A DNA stretch of 64,000 nt from Lophium mytilinum (taxonomy: Eukaryota). The notes under the pieces were generated by a model. It made no database searches. It saw nothing but the letters and a program-made list of their open reading frames with translations, and was not told the origin of the DNA. The position numbers were made by a program, and so were the translations under genes. This document shows, piece after piece, positions 23,901 through 37,112 of this stretch. Where the stretch lies: contig MU004184.1 in assembly GCA_010093605.1 (NCBI GenBank), positions 1,436,801 to 1,500,800 on the forward strand, written 5' to 3'. Positions within the stretch are counted from its first letter, which is position 1, and every line of letters starts with the position of its first letter.

Positions 23901-25705
23901 ATCTCGAGGGTGATGTAGAGCGAGATAGGGACCAAATTCTGGAAGAGGATGACGCCGGCCCAGAATGTGATAAATCCGTCTAAAGGCGGGCTACCGCCGT
24001 AAGAGCCGTACTCAAATAGAGCGTGGCTCGTGTCGTCTTTGGCCCAGAAAACTCCTTGTACGATGCCAGACACCAAGCACATGAAGAACAAGATGATGAA
24101 GTTGTACACAACGTTCCAATTCAGGTCTTTGGAAATCTTAGCGCGCTTGCTGGGAGTGATGCCTGAATTGATCATGATTTTGGTTTCGTCTCCAGTGAAG
24201 ACGACGACACCTAGAGCCCATTCTGTGTTTCGCAGGTTGCAACCACGGAGAAGCAAGTTGTTGATGGTTATAGGTTCAGCCATATCCGTGGTAGGTAGAT
24301 CGGGGTCCTTGGGATCGCGTTGGGCCCATCTCACGACTCCGCTGTAAGAGTAAAGATTTGCATGCGGGCCTTCGCTTTCAATCACAAACGAAGACTTCTC
24401 GCAATGACGCGCGTGCCTCACGTTTTCGGAGCAATGCAGCGCCTGTCGGACCTTTAGATTAGTTTCGCCGTCCAGATTCTTCGTTTCAACGTAGCAAGCC
24501 CCATCAGCTTCCGAGGTGGAAAGAACCACGACGTCGGCTGGGATTTCCTCATCGTTGTACAGGCGAACAAAGTCTCCAACTTGAACATTCTTCCAATAGT
24601 CCTTCTTGAACCTAGCTTTGTCTGGGGTAGTCTTGAAAGGATCTATGATGTTGCCGTAGAATCTCTTGGCCGGTGCGGCGGGGTCCTGCTGGGCGGGCTG
24701 GCCCTTCGATCCAGGTCGAATTCCTTCGAAAGTGACAGTCGTCTGAGGATGGCCCTCAATGTCCAGCGCGTCAGGAGGCGGCCCTTGGCCTGGAATCGGG
24801 GAAGGGACTGGAGTCATCTGGATGCCTTCCTGGCTCCCTACGGAAAGGAAGGACTCTCTTCGAGACATGACGGAGGCTCTTCTTGTCTCGATTGAGGGCC
24901 TCGACTCATCCATGGACCTCTCTTGCCAGCTTTTGCCTTTCTCCCCTTTGGTCTTTTTCTTGCTCATCAGTTTCCAAGTTGAGATAATGAGCCTTGTAGT
25001 AGCCTTCTTGAATCGTCGCCACAAGGAGATCTGGTTCTCTGCTGTATTGACATTGTTAAACTCCACTAATCTGTGGACTGGAGCATTATTGAGTTCGTTA
25101 TCAAGAACCGTTCGTCGCCAATCTTCAACAGCATCCTTAACTGCAGTTATGGTTATGATTACGATCAGTGGAACGGCGTTTAGCGCTGGATTCGAGGCAC
25201 CAAAAATTTGAAAAATCTATACAGCGATTAGCCACCAAGACGTACAAAGGAGCGATATAGCGCGTACCCCGAGAATAATGATGAAGAGAAAGTACACGTT
25301 TGCGATGTTATGGAATTGGAACCACAGGTTCTTGGGCACGAAGCTTATGGCGGTGTACTTTGCGGTTCGTATCTTATTTCGAGAATAGGTGGCCTTGGGA
25401 TGCCCGTCCTCGTCCCGCTCCTCCGCGGGGAGCGGGATATTAAAGAACACCCTCCTACTGGTGTCCTGCTCATCGCTTCCGGTTTCTGAGCCACTCTCGG
25501 GGACATCGCTTTCCTTTCCCGTGGTGTTCGTAGTGCCCGAAGACTCCCGCTTTTTCTCAGTCGAGGTTGTTCGGTTGTGGAGACGTTGTATGAGCGAGGC
25601 CCGTTTCTTGTCTCCTTTGGTGCCCCCTGCTCTGTGCGTCGCCCATCGTATCCTTTTCACGGGATTCGAAACTTCGTTGTCCTCCTGATTCGGGTCGAAG
25701 GCCAT
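20979..25705 (-). CDS. DNF1: P4-type ATPase phospholipid flippase, Dnf1/Dnf2 subfamily; 4 exons
   Basis: NKIRTAKYT, KNLDGETNLK, PISLY, phosphorylation motif IFSDKTGTLT, LTGDKVETA, GDGANDVAMIQ; introns near 25267-25217, 22243-22193 and 21961-21907. Confidence 0.95.
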
Positions 25706-26917
25706 TGCGTTGGCGGGCCGGTTGGCAGGAGAGGCTGCGAGGCAAGCTCCTCAAATGCCGTGTCGCCGGCGACGGCCGGATAGGCTTCTACGCCGCAAGA
25801 AATGCCAATTCGCGAGGTGAGACAGCTGCGGCGACGTCGAGGGTCAATTATCGCTAGTTCCGCGCGCTGTGGGAGGGGTGGCGGAAGGGGGTGCGGTCAC
25901 TCAGATAGGATGAAGCGGTGATACAAATGAGCGGTGGTTCTTCGAGGACCATGGGCGGCGCGGATGGCGACGGGAGATATGGTGACGTAGAGGGTATTAG
26001 AGAAAAGGCGGTCGCGGTGAGGTCGGCAGGGGAGGTTGTCGGTGGCAGAAGAGAAAAGGTTGCGTCTTCACGATAGGTAGATGCTGACGGAGCACTCGCG
26101 GGAGCCCTGGAGCCCTTGGATTGCTGGGTTTCGCCCTAACGCCTTCGGCCGTGTAATTTCCGCTCAATAAGCAGCCGATCGATCCGGGCACGCAAGAGTC
26201 GGCTACCACAGAATTATGTAGCGCAGACGAGCCCGCGTATAATAAGAAGCTCGCTCAGCCGTACGCGCCGGCAGTGGCAGCAGTGTTATTATTATCGGCT
26301 GCGGTGCCATGCATCTCATGTCAGATTCGAGGCTGAGCGTGCTGGGGTCTGGGTTGGTTGCTGGGCAGGAAACACCGCTGCCGGCGCCGCCGCGACTCTG
26401 TAACAGGCGTAAGGCAGATTGTACATAGAGCCGCCCGTCTCTCCACGCTGCGACAGTGCGACGTGCATCCAGCGCGGCGTCGAACTTGAACTGTGAGATC
26501 CGTAGTGGAGACGTCTTCTCGGGCCCTTGTGATCCCCGAAGCGGCAGGCCGGGAGCGCACACGTCAAACCCCGAGCAGGGGACGCGTTATATGCAGAAGA
26601 GGGCTAACTACGTCTCGTCTTGTTCGAGTCCATGCTCGCGGGAGGCGCTGGCAGGAATGCGACTCAGGAGCACTCGACGTGTTCGGACGAATTGTGTCGG
26701 TCACCCTGCAGCAAAAAGACAGCTTCTGATTTGATCTGGGTTCGAATGATTTGCGAGTTGTATGTGGCCATAAACTAAAGTTCGCACGTGACCCAGGCAC
26801 GTGAAGACGTGCCTCGCCGTGAACCTCCATCCCAACCGCGCCGCACACACCAGAGCAGCACCACCATTGCGCGCCGAGAGCTGCCTCGGGCACGCCGCCG
26901 CCATTGTTACTACCACA

Positions 26918-29329
26918 ATGTCGAAACCGAATCGTAAGATCAGTGACTTCTTCGGAAAGAGCAGCGCCCTTTCGAAGAACAGCCTGACAGATCGGGACCG
27001 GACCAGTTCGTCATTTACTCCCCGCGCCCCAGCTCATATAGCTCTGACTAAACGGTGCATGCTTCAGCCTCACCCGCCACACGAGTCTGGCCTTCCCCGC
27101 GCACTCAGAGTCGTCAACGGGATGTTGAGATGCGTGAGGCCTCTGATTCACCGACTCCAGCCACCAGGATCAAAAATTCCACATTGACGGACGAGCAATT
27201 AGCAAGGAAGCTGCAGAATGATTGGAACAAAGAGACGAAAGGAATCGCGGTCGAGGCTCCCATAAGTGAGGAGAACCGCGCCATGAGTGGGGGCTCATTC
27301 TCGTCGATAAATTCAAGCAGTAGCAAGCGCGTCTTCCGACGCGATCAAGAGGTGGTCGCCAATTCTGACTCCGATACGGATAGTTCAGAGGGGCTAGAGG
27401 ACATGGACTACCTCCTGCAACAAAATACCAAGAAACCACCGGCACCCAGTCCACGTGAACAGATGCCATCGCAAATCACCGTGTTCTCCAAGGGAATTAC
27501 ACGGCTAAAGAAGTCAATTCTCCCCCCGACGAAAAAGTACAAGTTTTCAATCGATTCGCTAGTGGAAGAGACCAGGAAAAACAAGAAACAGGAAGAAGAC
27601 TTCGCAGCAGCGAGGGCAAAACTAGCGGAGCCGAATCTTGAGTCTGCTCCTTCTGACAGTGTCGAGAAAACGCTTGTTTCAATCGTGGAAGATGATGAAG
27701 GAGGAAGCAAGACAGAACGGCTGCTGCTAGCCATGAGACGGACGAACGCTCTTCAACGAGACCCCACTTGGCACTTTTTCAGGGATGATGTAGAGGGCCA
27801 GTCTCGTCGGATCTTCCCAAAATCGTGTCTTCCTCGTAAAGGCTGGGCATCTATGTTCAAAGGTTTGATAATCAGCATAAGCAGTTCAAGCATTCCCTAA
27901 TGTAAAGATAGAGCCCAACAAAAGAGACCAGGCTTTCATGGCAGGCTACGCTCGACAAGTCTTCCGGTACCAAGACTTACCAGAAGAGCTAGCGAATTGG
28001 ATGATTGACGAACGTAAGACTTCCCCGTACGATATCTCCGTGTACTGTTCTCATCGAGTATAGTTGCATTCTTTCCAAGAGACGGAATTAATACGGAGTA
28101 CATTAACACACTTGAGGTAATGTTGGTCAGCCCTCGCTCTATAACTTAAATAACCTGTATCAGTGCTGTCCTGGAGTCTTGTCCTCCCTTCTCACTCCGG
28201 AAAAGTTAAATGACATTTTCCACCGTCTCGGTGCCAAAGATGTTGGTGCAGACCCAACGAAAGTCTTGGCTCCCTCGTTTGATTCTCCCAGTCGTATGTG
28301 AGGCTAGTAGCGAGAGAAGTTCCTTGCTAATAGTCTTAGGCCCAAAGCAACTCCTCCCCACTGGCCTGAGATGGATTGTGCAATTACTTCAACAGGCTGC
28401 TTCAGAGTAGGTTTAAATGCACGCGTTTGTGGGATTTAACTGACTTTGGTTGCTCAGCCTGACGCAGGATTCTCAAGTCCAAGCCTTGAACATTCTTCTA
28501 CGACTATCGTTTGACGACAGCATCAATTTCGACGTTCCCTTACGCAACATCATCCAAGATACCATCAAAGAGCTTCTAGAAAGCATATCTGACGCTGAGC
28601 GCAGCCAACATGTATGTCCACTAAGTCATTGTTATCGCTGGATGACTAACGATACCTCAGCTCCAGCAAGTCATCAACAATCTCATCACAGCCGTCGAGG
28701 ACCCTGTCCTCCAAAACCAACTCGTAACCTCTCTTCCCACCAGCTCACCTCTCACCCACCGCTTCCAACGCCGACTCGCGCTCGCCTTCTTCCTACATCC
28801 TACCCCTGTTACCGAATCACTCACTTCCGCTGCGCTTCCTGCGATCATCTATGACCATCTCGGGACATCCCCACATCTGCAAATCACTCGAGACTTTTCT
28901 TATACCGGCCTCGGTGCACGCATGTCCCTCCTTGACAAAGCCATTGGCCCCGGTTTCTCTACCCTTTCTTTCCTCGCAGCACCACCAACGCCCGCTTCAT
29001 CAAGCACGGAGCCATCCGCTAGTAACACAAACGCTAATACACCTCTACTGCCTTCACCCGAAGAGAAGGCCTTCAATGAGAGCATCGACCTTCTTGCAGC
29101 GCGCATCAAGTTGCTCTCGAACCAGATCACCGATGCGAGCACCTCGGGCATGGATCGCTGCGAGGCAAAGAGCGTATGTCAACGCCTGCACTACCGGCTC
29201 GAGGGTGCCGTTAGGACAAGAGGACGTAGGATCAAAGGCGTGTTTGGGGATGGGGACGAGGATGAGGGCAAGATGATTTTCAAGCGGTTCTTCCAGAAGG
29301 ATAAAGCTGATGTGGGTGGGGTGATGTGA
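26918..29329 (+). CDS. Conserved hypothetical multi-exon protein: disordered N-terminus with PIP-box-like motif, helical C-terminal domain
   Basis: ATG 26918 in CACAATG context; intron GTTCGT...TTCAG puts exon 1 in frame with ORF 27055-27900; several further short introns between 27.86 and 28.66 kb; last exon ends LHYRLEGAVRTRGRRIKGVFG...GGVM-stop. Internal exon boundaries approximate. Confidence 0.7.
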
Positions 29330-31085
29330 GTTAGTTATGCTATTTCCTGTGTGGGGCAGGAACTTATCAAGCATTTGATGAAGAAAAGGATGGCACGGAT
29401 ATCACGCGAATTCCAAAGATGTTTGTTTCATTGCAGTATGTCTCTCTCAGATATGAGATAGAAGCAGTAATGCTAATCGGAATATTAAGACTACTGAACC
29501 ACCAGCTCTGATCGGACTATTGCCCGTCCCCTTGAACACGCCATGAATCTCAAACGCGGACTTCTCACCAAGGTCAAGATCCAGATCGCCCTCTGAATAG
29601 GTACGGGCAAAGTAACCGCCCATCCACAACGAGATCGCGTATATTGTCTCACGTCACGACTGGCGTAGGATGGACTGATAAGATTAGGTGCACTCGCTCT
29701 ATATCGGCGAGCCGCACGAGTCGCATTCACCATCATTCTTTTGATACGGGCAGACGATCAAGGAGTGCATGCGATTAATACAAGTCCCAAGGCACGCTGA
29801 ATCAGTGTGACCCACTTGACATATCAACCAAGTTCGAAGCTATTGCGCCACGGTAACTTCGTCTCTGTGATACAACTGAACGCCTTGAGTGAACTACCAT
29901 CGATACATAATCCTCTTCGTACGATAGTCAACCATGTACATGTACAATCCATCAAGCTTCTTCTCCACAGGGATCACCCCTACAACAGGAGTACAAGGTT
30001 CTTTCCATACATGCATAATTCGGCTCCGAGCGCTCGCATGCCCCATACCCCGGCTCCGGCTCCGGTAAAGCTAATGCGAAACGTGATCTTACGGTGGCTG
30101 ATCGCTGGGTCGGCTAGGGGTGAGACGAGGCGATACAGGGGGTTACGGAGTCCGTCTTTTAGGATAGTCAGGCACGTTCTCCTGTTTGGTGATGGTGGCG
30201 TGGTGTCGGGGATTTTGGCGAGGTTGTGATGGGGAGTGCATGTAAGCGGGGGCGGGGGTTAGGGGTGGGGTGAGTTTAGGGGCTCTCTACGTGATGTTGG
30301 ATAGGGGCGAGGTTGGTTGCTTGCGGGGCGATGTGGAAGAGGGGTCGGGTGTGAGATATTGGAGGGATAGGATTGATTATGAGAGGCTACCTATCCCAGT
30401 CCTTCTCCAGTCCGGATGTGGCAATTCTTGGCACGATGAAAGGTGTTGAACCTAGAGTGAGTTAGCCCGCTTCAGACCCGCCAGGTTGAGTTGGAACCAA
30501 AGTCGTGAGAATCGTTCTGATTTTAAGGTTGGTGTCAAGAGGCTGGTGGTTCACGCCCGAAATCAGGATCTCATGATCCAATGGTCCGAAATCAGGTGCA
30601 GTGTCGAATGGTCTTAGAAGGCCGGTAATTGTACCGGGGAAGCTTCGATGGATTGAACCTAGGGGAAATATAGGAGAAGCGAGAGCCCGATTTCCAGGCT
30701 CGCGGGAATCCCTTCTCTGTTTTCGAGGTAGAATTTGAGTACTAAATTCCTTCGAGCACCGTAATATCTCTAGGGATTTCTAACTGATAACAGATTGGTA
30801 ATTCATATATTTCCCTAAAGCGCTAGATTTTGACAATAGTCTATTCCACCTCTTCCTTCGCTAGTTACAATACACATGAAACGAAAAGGGTCAAGATCAG
30901 CACGGCTGATATCACTATGACCCTCAAAAACGCTGGAAAGAGAACGATCGATAGGTGCGTCTGGTACTGCAGATAGCCTCCTATCACATAGCCAACTTCT
31001 AGCGAACAACTCCTTCCCTCTATCTGCTAGCACCACCACCTCTGTTTCCCCCGCACTCTCTATTTCCTAATTCCTCCTTTTCAGC

Positions 31086-32043
31086 CTAAAATCTACCCAT
31101 ACCGTTCTTCTCGTCGATGTGCTTGTATCGCTCCAACTCCTGGCGATACTTGAGCACCATCGCGACGCAAAGCACCAGCACGACATCAATGCCGACGATG
31201 CCAAAGGCAGCCGTGAAGATGAGATCGAGATAGCCGTTTGCGAAGCTGGAGAATTTGCTGATGCAGCCGCCTTTCTGGGCGGCGACGAGCGAGTTGATGC
31301 ATGTGCTGTCCTGGATGAAGGGCGGGCTAGTCGAGTTGTTGTATCCGCAGCAGTTGAACTGGGGGAGGGATTAGTAAGACAAAGTATATTTTGATGTAAA
31401 ATTGGACACGATCGTGAAAGGTCAGTCACATATTTGGGGGTAGTGAGTCCTCAGTTGAGCTGAAACATGACAAAGAAAGTGAGCTACTCATCAAAGTCCC
31501 GAGACACGTGTTTCAACCCAGTTTAAGATGAGATATGAGAGACAAAATAAACTACGTACCTTTTGCTGCAGCAAGCTCTGGGTCAGCGGTTGCTCATGGG
31601 CCCAGATCCTGTTGAGATTGGCGCGACTATGCAGTGTCACAAACCAGATGGTCAGGCCAAGGACGAGCGTAAATGTAGCGCAGAAGACGACAAGCCAACC
31701 CTGGGCACGCAGCCAGCCGCGGTTTTGCGGTAGGAAGAGGGCGGGGAGGGATAGCAGGAAAGTCAGGAAGATGAAGATGGCGTTGACGACGCCGGCTGGG
31801 AGCTGTTAGTACGATATCTAGATGATTGCCTAGATAACGGGTTGATCATCACGATTTCGCCCTGTTCTAGGACATACCGGTAAGAGGACATTGCTTGAGC
31901 AGCAGATGCTCGGCAACAGTGGCGATTGTTGGCGTGGCACGCATCTGGCTCTCCGATAGGAGCGAGAAGCCGATGAGAAGGCCTCCGCACCCGGCGAAGA
32001 TGATGTCGGTGCCGACGAAGACCATCATGAGCTTGCTCGGCAT
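31086..32043 (-). CDS. PLS1: Fungal tetraspanin of the Pls1 family; 3 exons
   Basis: Manual translation: MPSKLMMVFVGTDIIFAGCGGLLIGFS...CPLT/AGVVNAIFIFLTFLLSLPAL...QSLLQQK/FNCCGYNNSTSPPFIQDSTC...GCISKFSSFAN...ERYKHIDEKNGMGRF. Four TM segments, CCG motif and the ERYxHIDEK tail typical of Pls1. Missed by the ORF track. Confidence 0.92.
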
Positions 32044-32051
32044 CGTGACGG

Positions 32052-32160
32052 TGCGGGTTACTATATCCGTGTGGTGATAGCTTGAAATGCGGCTGTGCTT
32101 CTATCCGTACAGTGATGGCTTAGAGTGCGGCTCTGCTTATCTCTGTGTAATGGAGTCTGG
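32052..32160. repeat. Degenerate tandem triplication (~37-bp unit) immediately upstream of PLS1
   Basis: Units TGCGGGTTACTATATCCGTGTGGTGATAGCTTGAAA / TGCGGCTGTGCTTCTATCCGTACAGTGATGGCTTAGAG / TGCGGCTCTGCTTATCTCTGTGTAATGG. Confidence 0.6.
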
Positions 32161-33923
32161 TTGCGCAGGTGGTTCAGGATTGACAAGTATCGTGAAGTCG
32201 ACCGAATCTACAGCACACAGAATTGAATGAACGTGGTGAATCTTGCACTGCAGTTCGGCGTCGAAGAAAGAATGAATGGAAGCGTCTATTGCAACTGAGC
32301 CGGCCGGCGACTCTCGCAGACGGAGTTAGGAAGAGAGAATACTAGGCACAGAAAGAGGACAGAGAAAGTGCGGAGGGCGCAGAGCAGAGGGGGTCTTCGG
32401 GGGCTTGCGGTTTTCTTCAGCATGGCGACGGCATGGCTCTGTCACAGGAATCACGCCGGACGAGGCAGAGAACGTTTCAGGAACGTCGGGAGCTGCAGCG
32501 TCGACATCGCGAACCACGAGCAGAGGTGGGCGCCTACGATGGTGTGACACTGTTCTGGGTGGGTATCTACAGCTTGCTCTTTGTTTGGGGAGCTTTAGTC
32601 GTGGGAGCGTCGTGTAGACTGCAGATGGCATGGTGTTGACTCTGGCATGGCGCTGAGCATTCGATACCCGGAAGCAGGGATCAGAGTGGGTGAGTGGCAT
32701 GGGGGAGGTGGCAGCCAATGGCGGTCTAGTGGTAGATAGGGTCAAAGCGGCAGGGTCAGTCCAGAAGTGGTAGTGACGATCTCGGAGTCAGGGAGGCTGG
32801 GTAGGCGCCTTACGCGTTTAGGCAGGCGGTAAGCTCGACCGGGGCCGTCTCCACCCGAGGCGCCGCTCATTGGCCACGGCCTCGGCTGCCAAGACTCGTA
32901 TCCCGCTAGCCCAGATAAAGGGAAACCTAATCCCCTTCCGCTCTCTCGAACACATCGATTCCCCACCAGAGCAGCTTGTGACTCTGTGCCCTCGTCCGAG
33001 GTGAGTGCTCGTCTCATCGCATATCCCCCTTTCCCACTGCACCCAGCTGTTTCCCAGCTGTCCCCGGCTGCTCCCTATGTGCGAGGACGCGGCCCAGCGT
33101 GCGTGCCAGGCCGTCTCTCGGGCTCCTGGCATCAGCGCATCTGAAGCACCCATCAGTGCCATCACATCAGCACAGCACCATCGCAACCTTGAGCACGCTG
33201 AGCACTCGGATCGCGCGCCGGCTGCAGCGCACGGGCGGTCCACTCGCCCTCGCTCAGTGCTGGCTGGCGGTGGGCCGGCGTGTGGTTGGCTGGGCCGGCG
33301 GGCCCGTTCCTCGCATCCACCGAAATACAGCCTTTGCCCTCGCTGTCGTTTCACTTGCCCAAAGTTCTCGTCGCTTTCCCTCTCTGAGACAGCAACCTCT
33401 CACACTTCTCGAGTGCGCGTAGATTCATCCCCGGTCGGTACAAGCTTTGCCCTGAGCCCCGTCCGTCTTGCCACGAACAGAACATAAGCCCTGCCTTGCC
33501 CCAAACGACGCAGGCACGCAACCTTGAGCGGTAAGTTACGCTCCATCCAGCCTCCCGCCCCCCTCCGCCTTTCCAGCGAGCCCAGCTCCGGTCAAGGCTT
33601 TCGCCCACTCGCAGGCGCCTCCGCTGTGCGACCGCGACGTCTGGCTTGTCTGGCTTGCTTGTCTGCCACTGCGGCTTTCCTTGCATTCCTCGCCCGCCAC
33701 CCAACGCAGTCACGGCGTTGCCTGATCAGTCCAGCCTGCTTCTTTTAGGTCCAGCGCTGAGCCCACCACAGCCTACCCCGTGCAGCCGGCCCCAACTCAC
33801 CACTCAAACTCGGCCGCGGCCAGCGACTCCAAAGCGGCAATCCCCACCCAGAATCTGCGACCACAAAGAGTAAGGTCAAACCAAAGCCAAACACTCGTAA
33901 CCACGACGCCAGCGAATCGCATC

Positions 33924-34751
33924 ATGGCCAGCGAAATCACCGACCACGACCAGCACCCGTCGCCCTCGCACGACGATGTGGGCAATGGCAACGGCGCCCT
34001 CGTCCAGGGCGATGCCAACCGCGGCACCAAGCGTCCTCGTCCAGCGGCGGACGACGACGACGACGATGATGACAAGCCTGGTCGCGAGAGGCGGAAGATC
34101 GAGATCAAGTTCATCCAGGACAAGTCGCGTCGCCACATTACCTTTTCGAAGCGGAAGGCCGGCATCATGAAGAAGGTGAGTTTGCGCATGCATCGCGGCG
34201 CGCGTCCCGGCGCGTCGCATTTCTCAATACCGCCCCAACACCAGGTCGCATTGCTAACACCGCCCGCCAGGCCTACGAGTTGTCCGTCCTCACCGGCACG
34301 CAGGTGCTGCTGCTCGTCGTGTCCGAAACCGGCCTCGTCTACACCTTCACCACGCCGAAGCTCCAACCCCTCGTTACCAAGGCCGAGGGCAAGAACCTCA
34401 TCCAGGTACAACATGACGCGCATCCGTCGCGCTGGATACCGCATGCTAACACTGCTGCAGGCCTGCCTGAACGCGCCCGAGCCTGCCTCCGCCGATGCCA
34501 ATGGCGTCGATGACAGCGGCCCCGTCGACTCGCCCGAGGACAACCACGCCCAGGTCCCGACCAACCGAGCCCAGATGCCCGGCGGCAACATGCCTCAGCA
34601 ATACATGACGCCCGAGCAAGCGCTCCACTACCAGAGCTACCTCCAGCAACAGCAGCAGCAGCAGACGGCAAATCCATACCCCATGCCGCCGCAGGGAGGG
34701 ATGCCGCGACACCCCCAACAACACTACCAGCCCGATCAGAAACTGAACTAA
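33924..34751 (+). CDS. MCM1: SRF-type MADS-box transcription factor; 3 exons
   Basis: RERRKIEIKFIQDKSRRHITFSKRKAGIMKK/AYELSVLTGTQVLLLVVSETGLVYTFTTPKLQPLV...IQ/ACLNAPE; poly-Asp before the MADS box; Q-rich tail. Confidence 0.97.
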   Translation: MASEITDHDQHPSPSHDDVGNGNGALVQGDANRGTKRPRPAADDDDDDDDKPGRERRKIEIKFIQDKSRRHITFSKRKAGIMKKVSLRMHRGARPGASHFSIPPQHQVALLTPPARPTSCPSSPARRCCCSSCPKPASSTPSPRRSSNPSLPRPRARTSSRYNMTRIRRAGYRMLTLLQACLNAPEPASADANGVDDSGPVDSPEDNHAQVPTNRAQMPGGNMPQQYMTPEQALHYQSYLQQQQQQQTANPYPMPPQGGMPRHPQQHYQPDQKLN

Positions 34752-36990
34752 ATGTCTTAATGTCGCGTCTGTCGTAATGTTGTTCTGCTATACGACCGGT
34801 AGAATGATCCGAGGTCATCATCATGTCTAACTCGAATATGGATACCCTCTCCTAATGGCGAAAAGTAATATCGGTGCAGCACGGCCCCTTACGTCCAAAC
34901 GGTGTGTGCTCGAGGACTACGTGAAGCCTACTCTTGCAGAAGAAGTGAAAGCGCTGGAGGGAGAAGAGGGCGGTTGGGGGTCTTTGGGCGAGATGGTCTT
35001 GTCGGTCGGACGGAGTCAATGGAGACGGATTATTTCTTGATCTTGTTTACTCTCTCACTCATCACTTGTGTGTCTGATTGATTCGCTTCGGGTCAAGCAA
35101 GTATGTATTTGCTCTGTCGCACCTAGCTTTTTTAAAAATTCCCACCCCTAGCTGTGTTCCGAGCCAAATTTACTGGAGACTATTCTACAATGAACAATCG
35201 CAACATCTACACTCTTGAGTGTCGAAGGATCAAAAGGCTAAGATTATCACGGCGTCACATGAGCTCGTTCCTGATCCTCCCGAGCGGCTCGACTGATCGA
35301 AATGGTGAAGCCTGCTTTGCTTACATGTCCTCTCCAAACGAAGCATCCCGTCTCCATTTATCAGCGCGCTTAACCTCTAACGCCGGTCAGCTCGGTACCT
35401 TGCTAGCAAACTCTTTCCCGCATTCTTAGTGGTGTCACCAGCTCAGGGTCATATCCACAACATGCACGGTGTGTAGCACTACCAACGCTCCACTCGGTTA
35501 TTCATTCATTCTCATCACTTCGAGACGCGACCGCGTCTAGCTTGATAAAGTAAGTGGCAGCCTCTCTCGAAGCACCTGCATTCCTTGTACCTGCAGATCT
35601 GCTGTCGCACATCGATCTGTACCTGTGCTTGTACTGTATAGGCGTATGTACAGGCGTAAGTACAGAACACAGACGGTTGGAGTTGCGTGTTGCGGCTTGC
35701 AAGGGAGAGGGCGGGCCTCCCCTGGACGCGGTGAGCGGATGGAGCAGACACGGCAGAGGGGCGGTGAGGTTGTGGGACTGTGGTGCTTACGCCGAGTTTC
35801 TTGAAATCTAAGAGCTACAATTTTCTCCGCCTTTCAAAACTTATATTTACGGTATGCAGCTTTTTCAGACCTACAAAACCTGAGGCTCGATAGCGAATAG
35901 GTACGTAGTGGGTGGATGCAAAGCAGGCCCGGAGGTCGGAAGGACATTGCAGCCGGCCCCCTAGCAAGCTAGCACCCGAGGCTGTGGTTCGGCCGGCTCG
36001 GGGCTTCTTGTGGGGATAGAGATACCGCTTTGGGGAGGTTCCTATCTCTTAGGCGGTTTGCGGTGGTGGAGGGAATACGGTGCGCGGGTGGCTGTGGCAG
36101 ATGGCTGGATGGCGCGCAGGACGCTATGGACGTGTCTCTCTAAACCCGTTAGGATTGCTTCAAGGAGAGGTCGGACGTCCAACAATCACGCTTTCATGGT
36201 TTTACGACTGTCGAACTCGTTGGTCATCTGAGCACGCTGTTCGGTAAGAACGCTGCTTGAAAAGTGATACAAAGGGCTGATACGGAAACGCAATGAGGAG
36301 GTTGCAAATGGACAAGATGTTTCGGAGTAAACGGTACGGGCATGTAGCTATTGGATAGGCACGAGATACGTCAACTGTGATAGGCGTTCACTAGAGTCTG
36401 GGGATTCGACGCTTCGTACCTTCAGGGACTGGCTCGCGGGAAGGAGTACGACCCAGATCTCAGTCAGCGGGCCGACTCCTTCTCCTACAAAACACAACGA
36501 ACCACAATGCAACTCCAGTTATCGCGGCGTCTGAAAAGCAACACCTCATAGGATTTCGCTATGCAACCACAGGCTCCCAGCATGTGCTTCTCTAGTTCGG
36601 AGAGGCCGCGCGCAGCCCAAGGGTTGGGTAGCAGATACGGGCGCTCTAGAAGGCGGGTGGAAGAAGTTTAATCGTCCCAATCACAGGCGCAGTGGCCGAC
36701 CACCACCACCGGAGCTGCGTCGAAGAAGGGAGCACCCCAGCCTTTCTCCCGCGCGAGCATATCACTATCGCCGCCCTGGCCTGGGAGTGCCGCCCCCCAC
36801 ACCCTCTTGCATGGTCTGTACTTCCTCGGGACGGCTTAGCGCCTAGATATCAGCTATCTGTGCTGTAAATGACTTGAACCATGAGTCTGTCGCGGTTTCG
36901 GTAGTTAGCTGCGGCGTGTCACTATTGTTCAATTCATCTTCTTAAAATCCATTCCTACTACTCTATGCCATCGGCGTGTTCGACTAAGAG

Positions 36991-37112
36991 TTTATCGGCC
37001 TCCTACGCGGTTACGGACATTTAAATGCTGTCAGCGAGCTTTATCTGGGCTCGTTATCTCTGACCTCAGCGCGCGACCTCTGAGCTCCCAGCCCTTGTTT
37101 ATGTGGAGATAA
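36991..37112. promoter_or_regulatory. Cluster of four GATAA sites (AreA/NIT2-type nitrogen regulation) upstream of the permease
   Basis: TTATC at about 36992, 37041 and 37054, AGATAA at 37107, all within ~120 bp; TATAA near 37213; ATG at 37336. Confidence 0.5.

Noticed and set aside
26739..26748. B-box-like GGTTCGAATG
   Set aside because: No tRNA structure, A box or terminator nearby.
29952..30113. Minus-strand Cys-rich frame (ALALPEPEPGYGACERSEPNYACMERTLYSCCRGDPC) resembling a small secreted peptide
   Set aside because: In-frame stop immediately upstream, and no start codon, signal peptide or convincing upstream exon.
30248..30270. G-rich tract GGGGGCGGGGGTTAGGGGTGGGG (G-quadruplex or telomere-like)
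   Set aside because: Contains a single TTAGGG only; isolated low-complexity tract with no further support.
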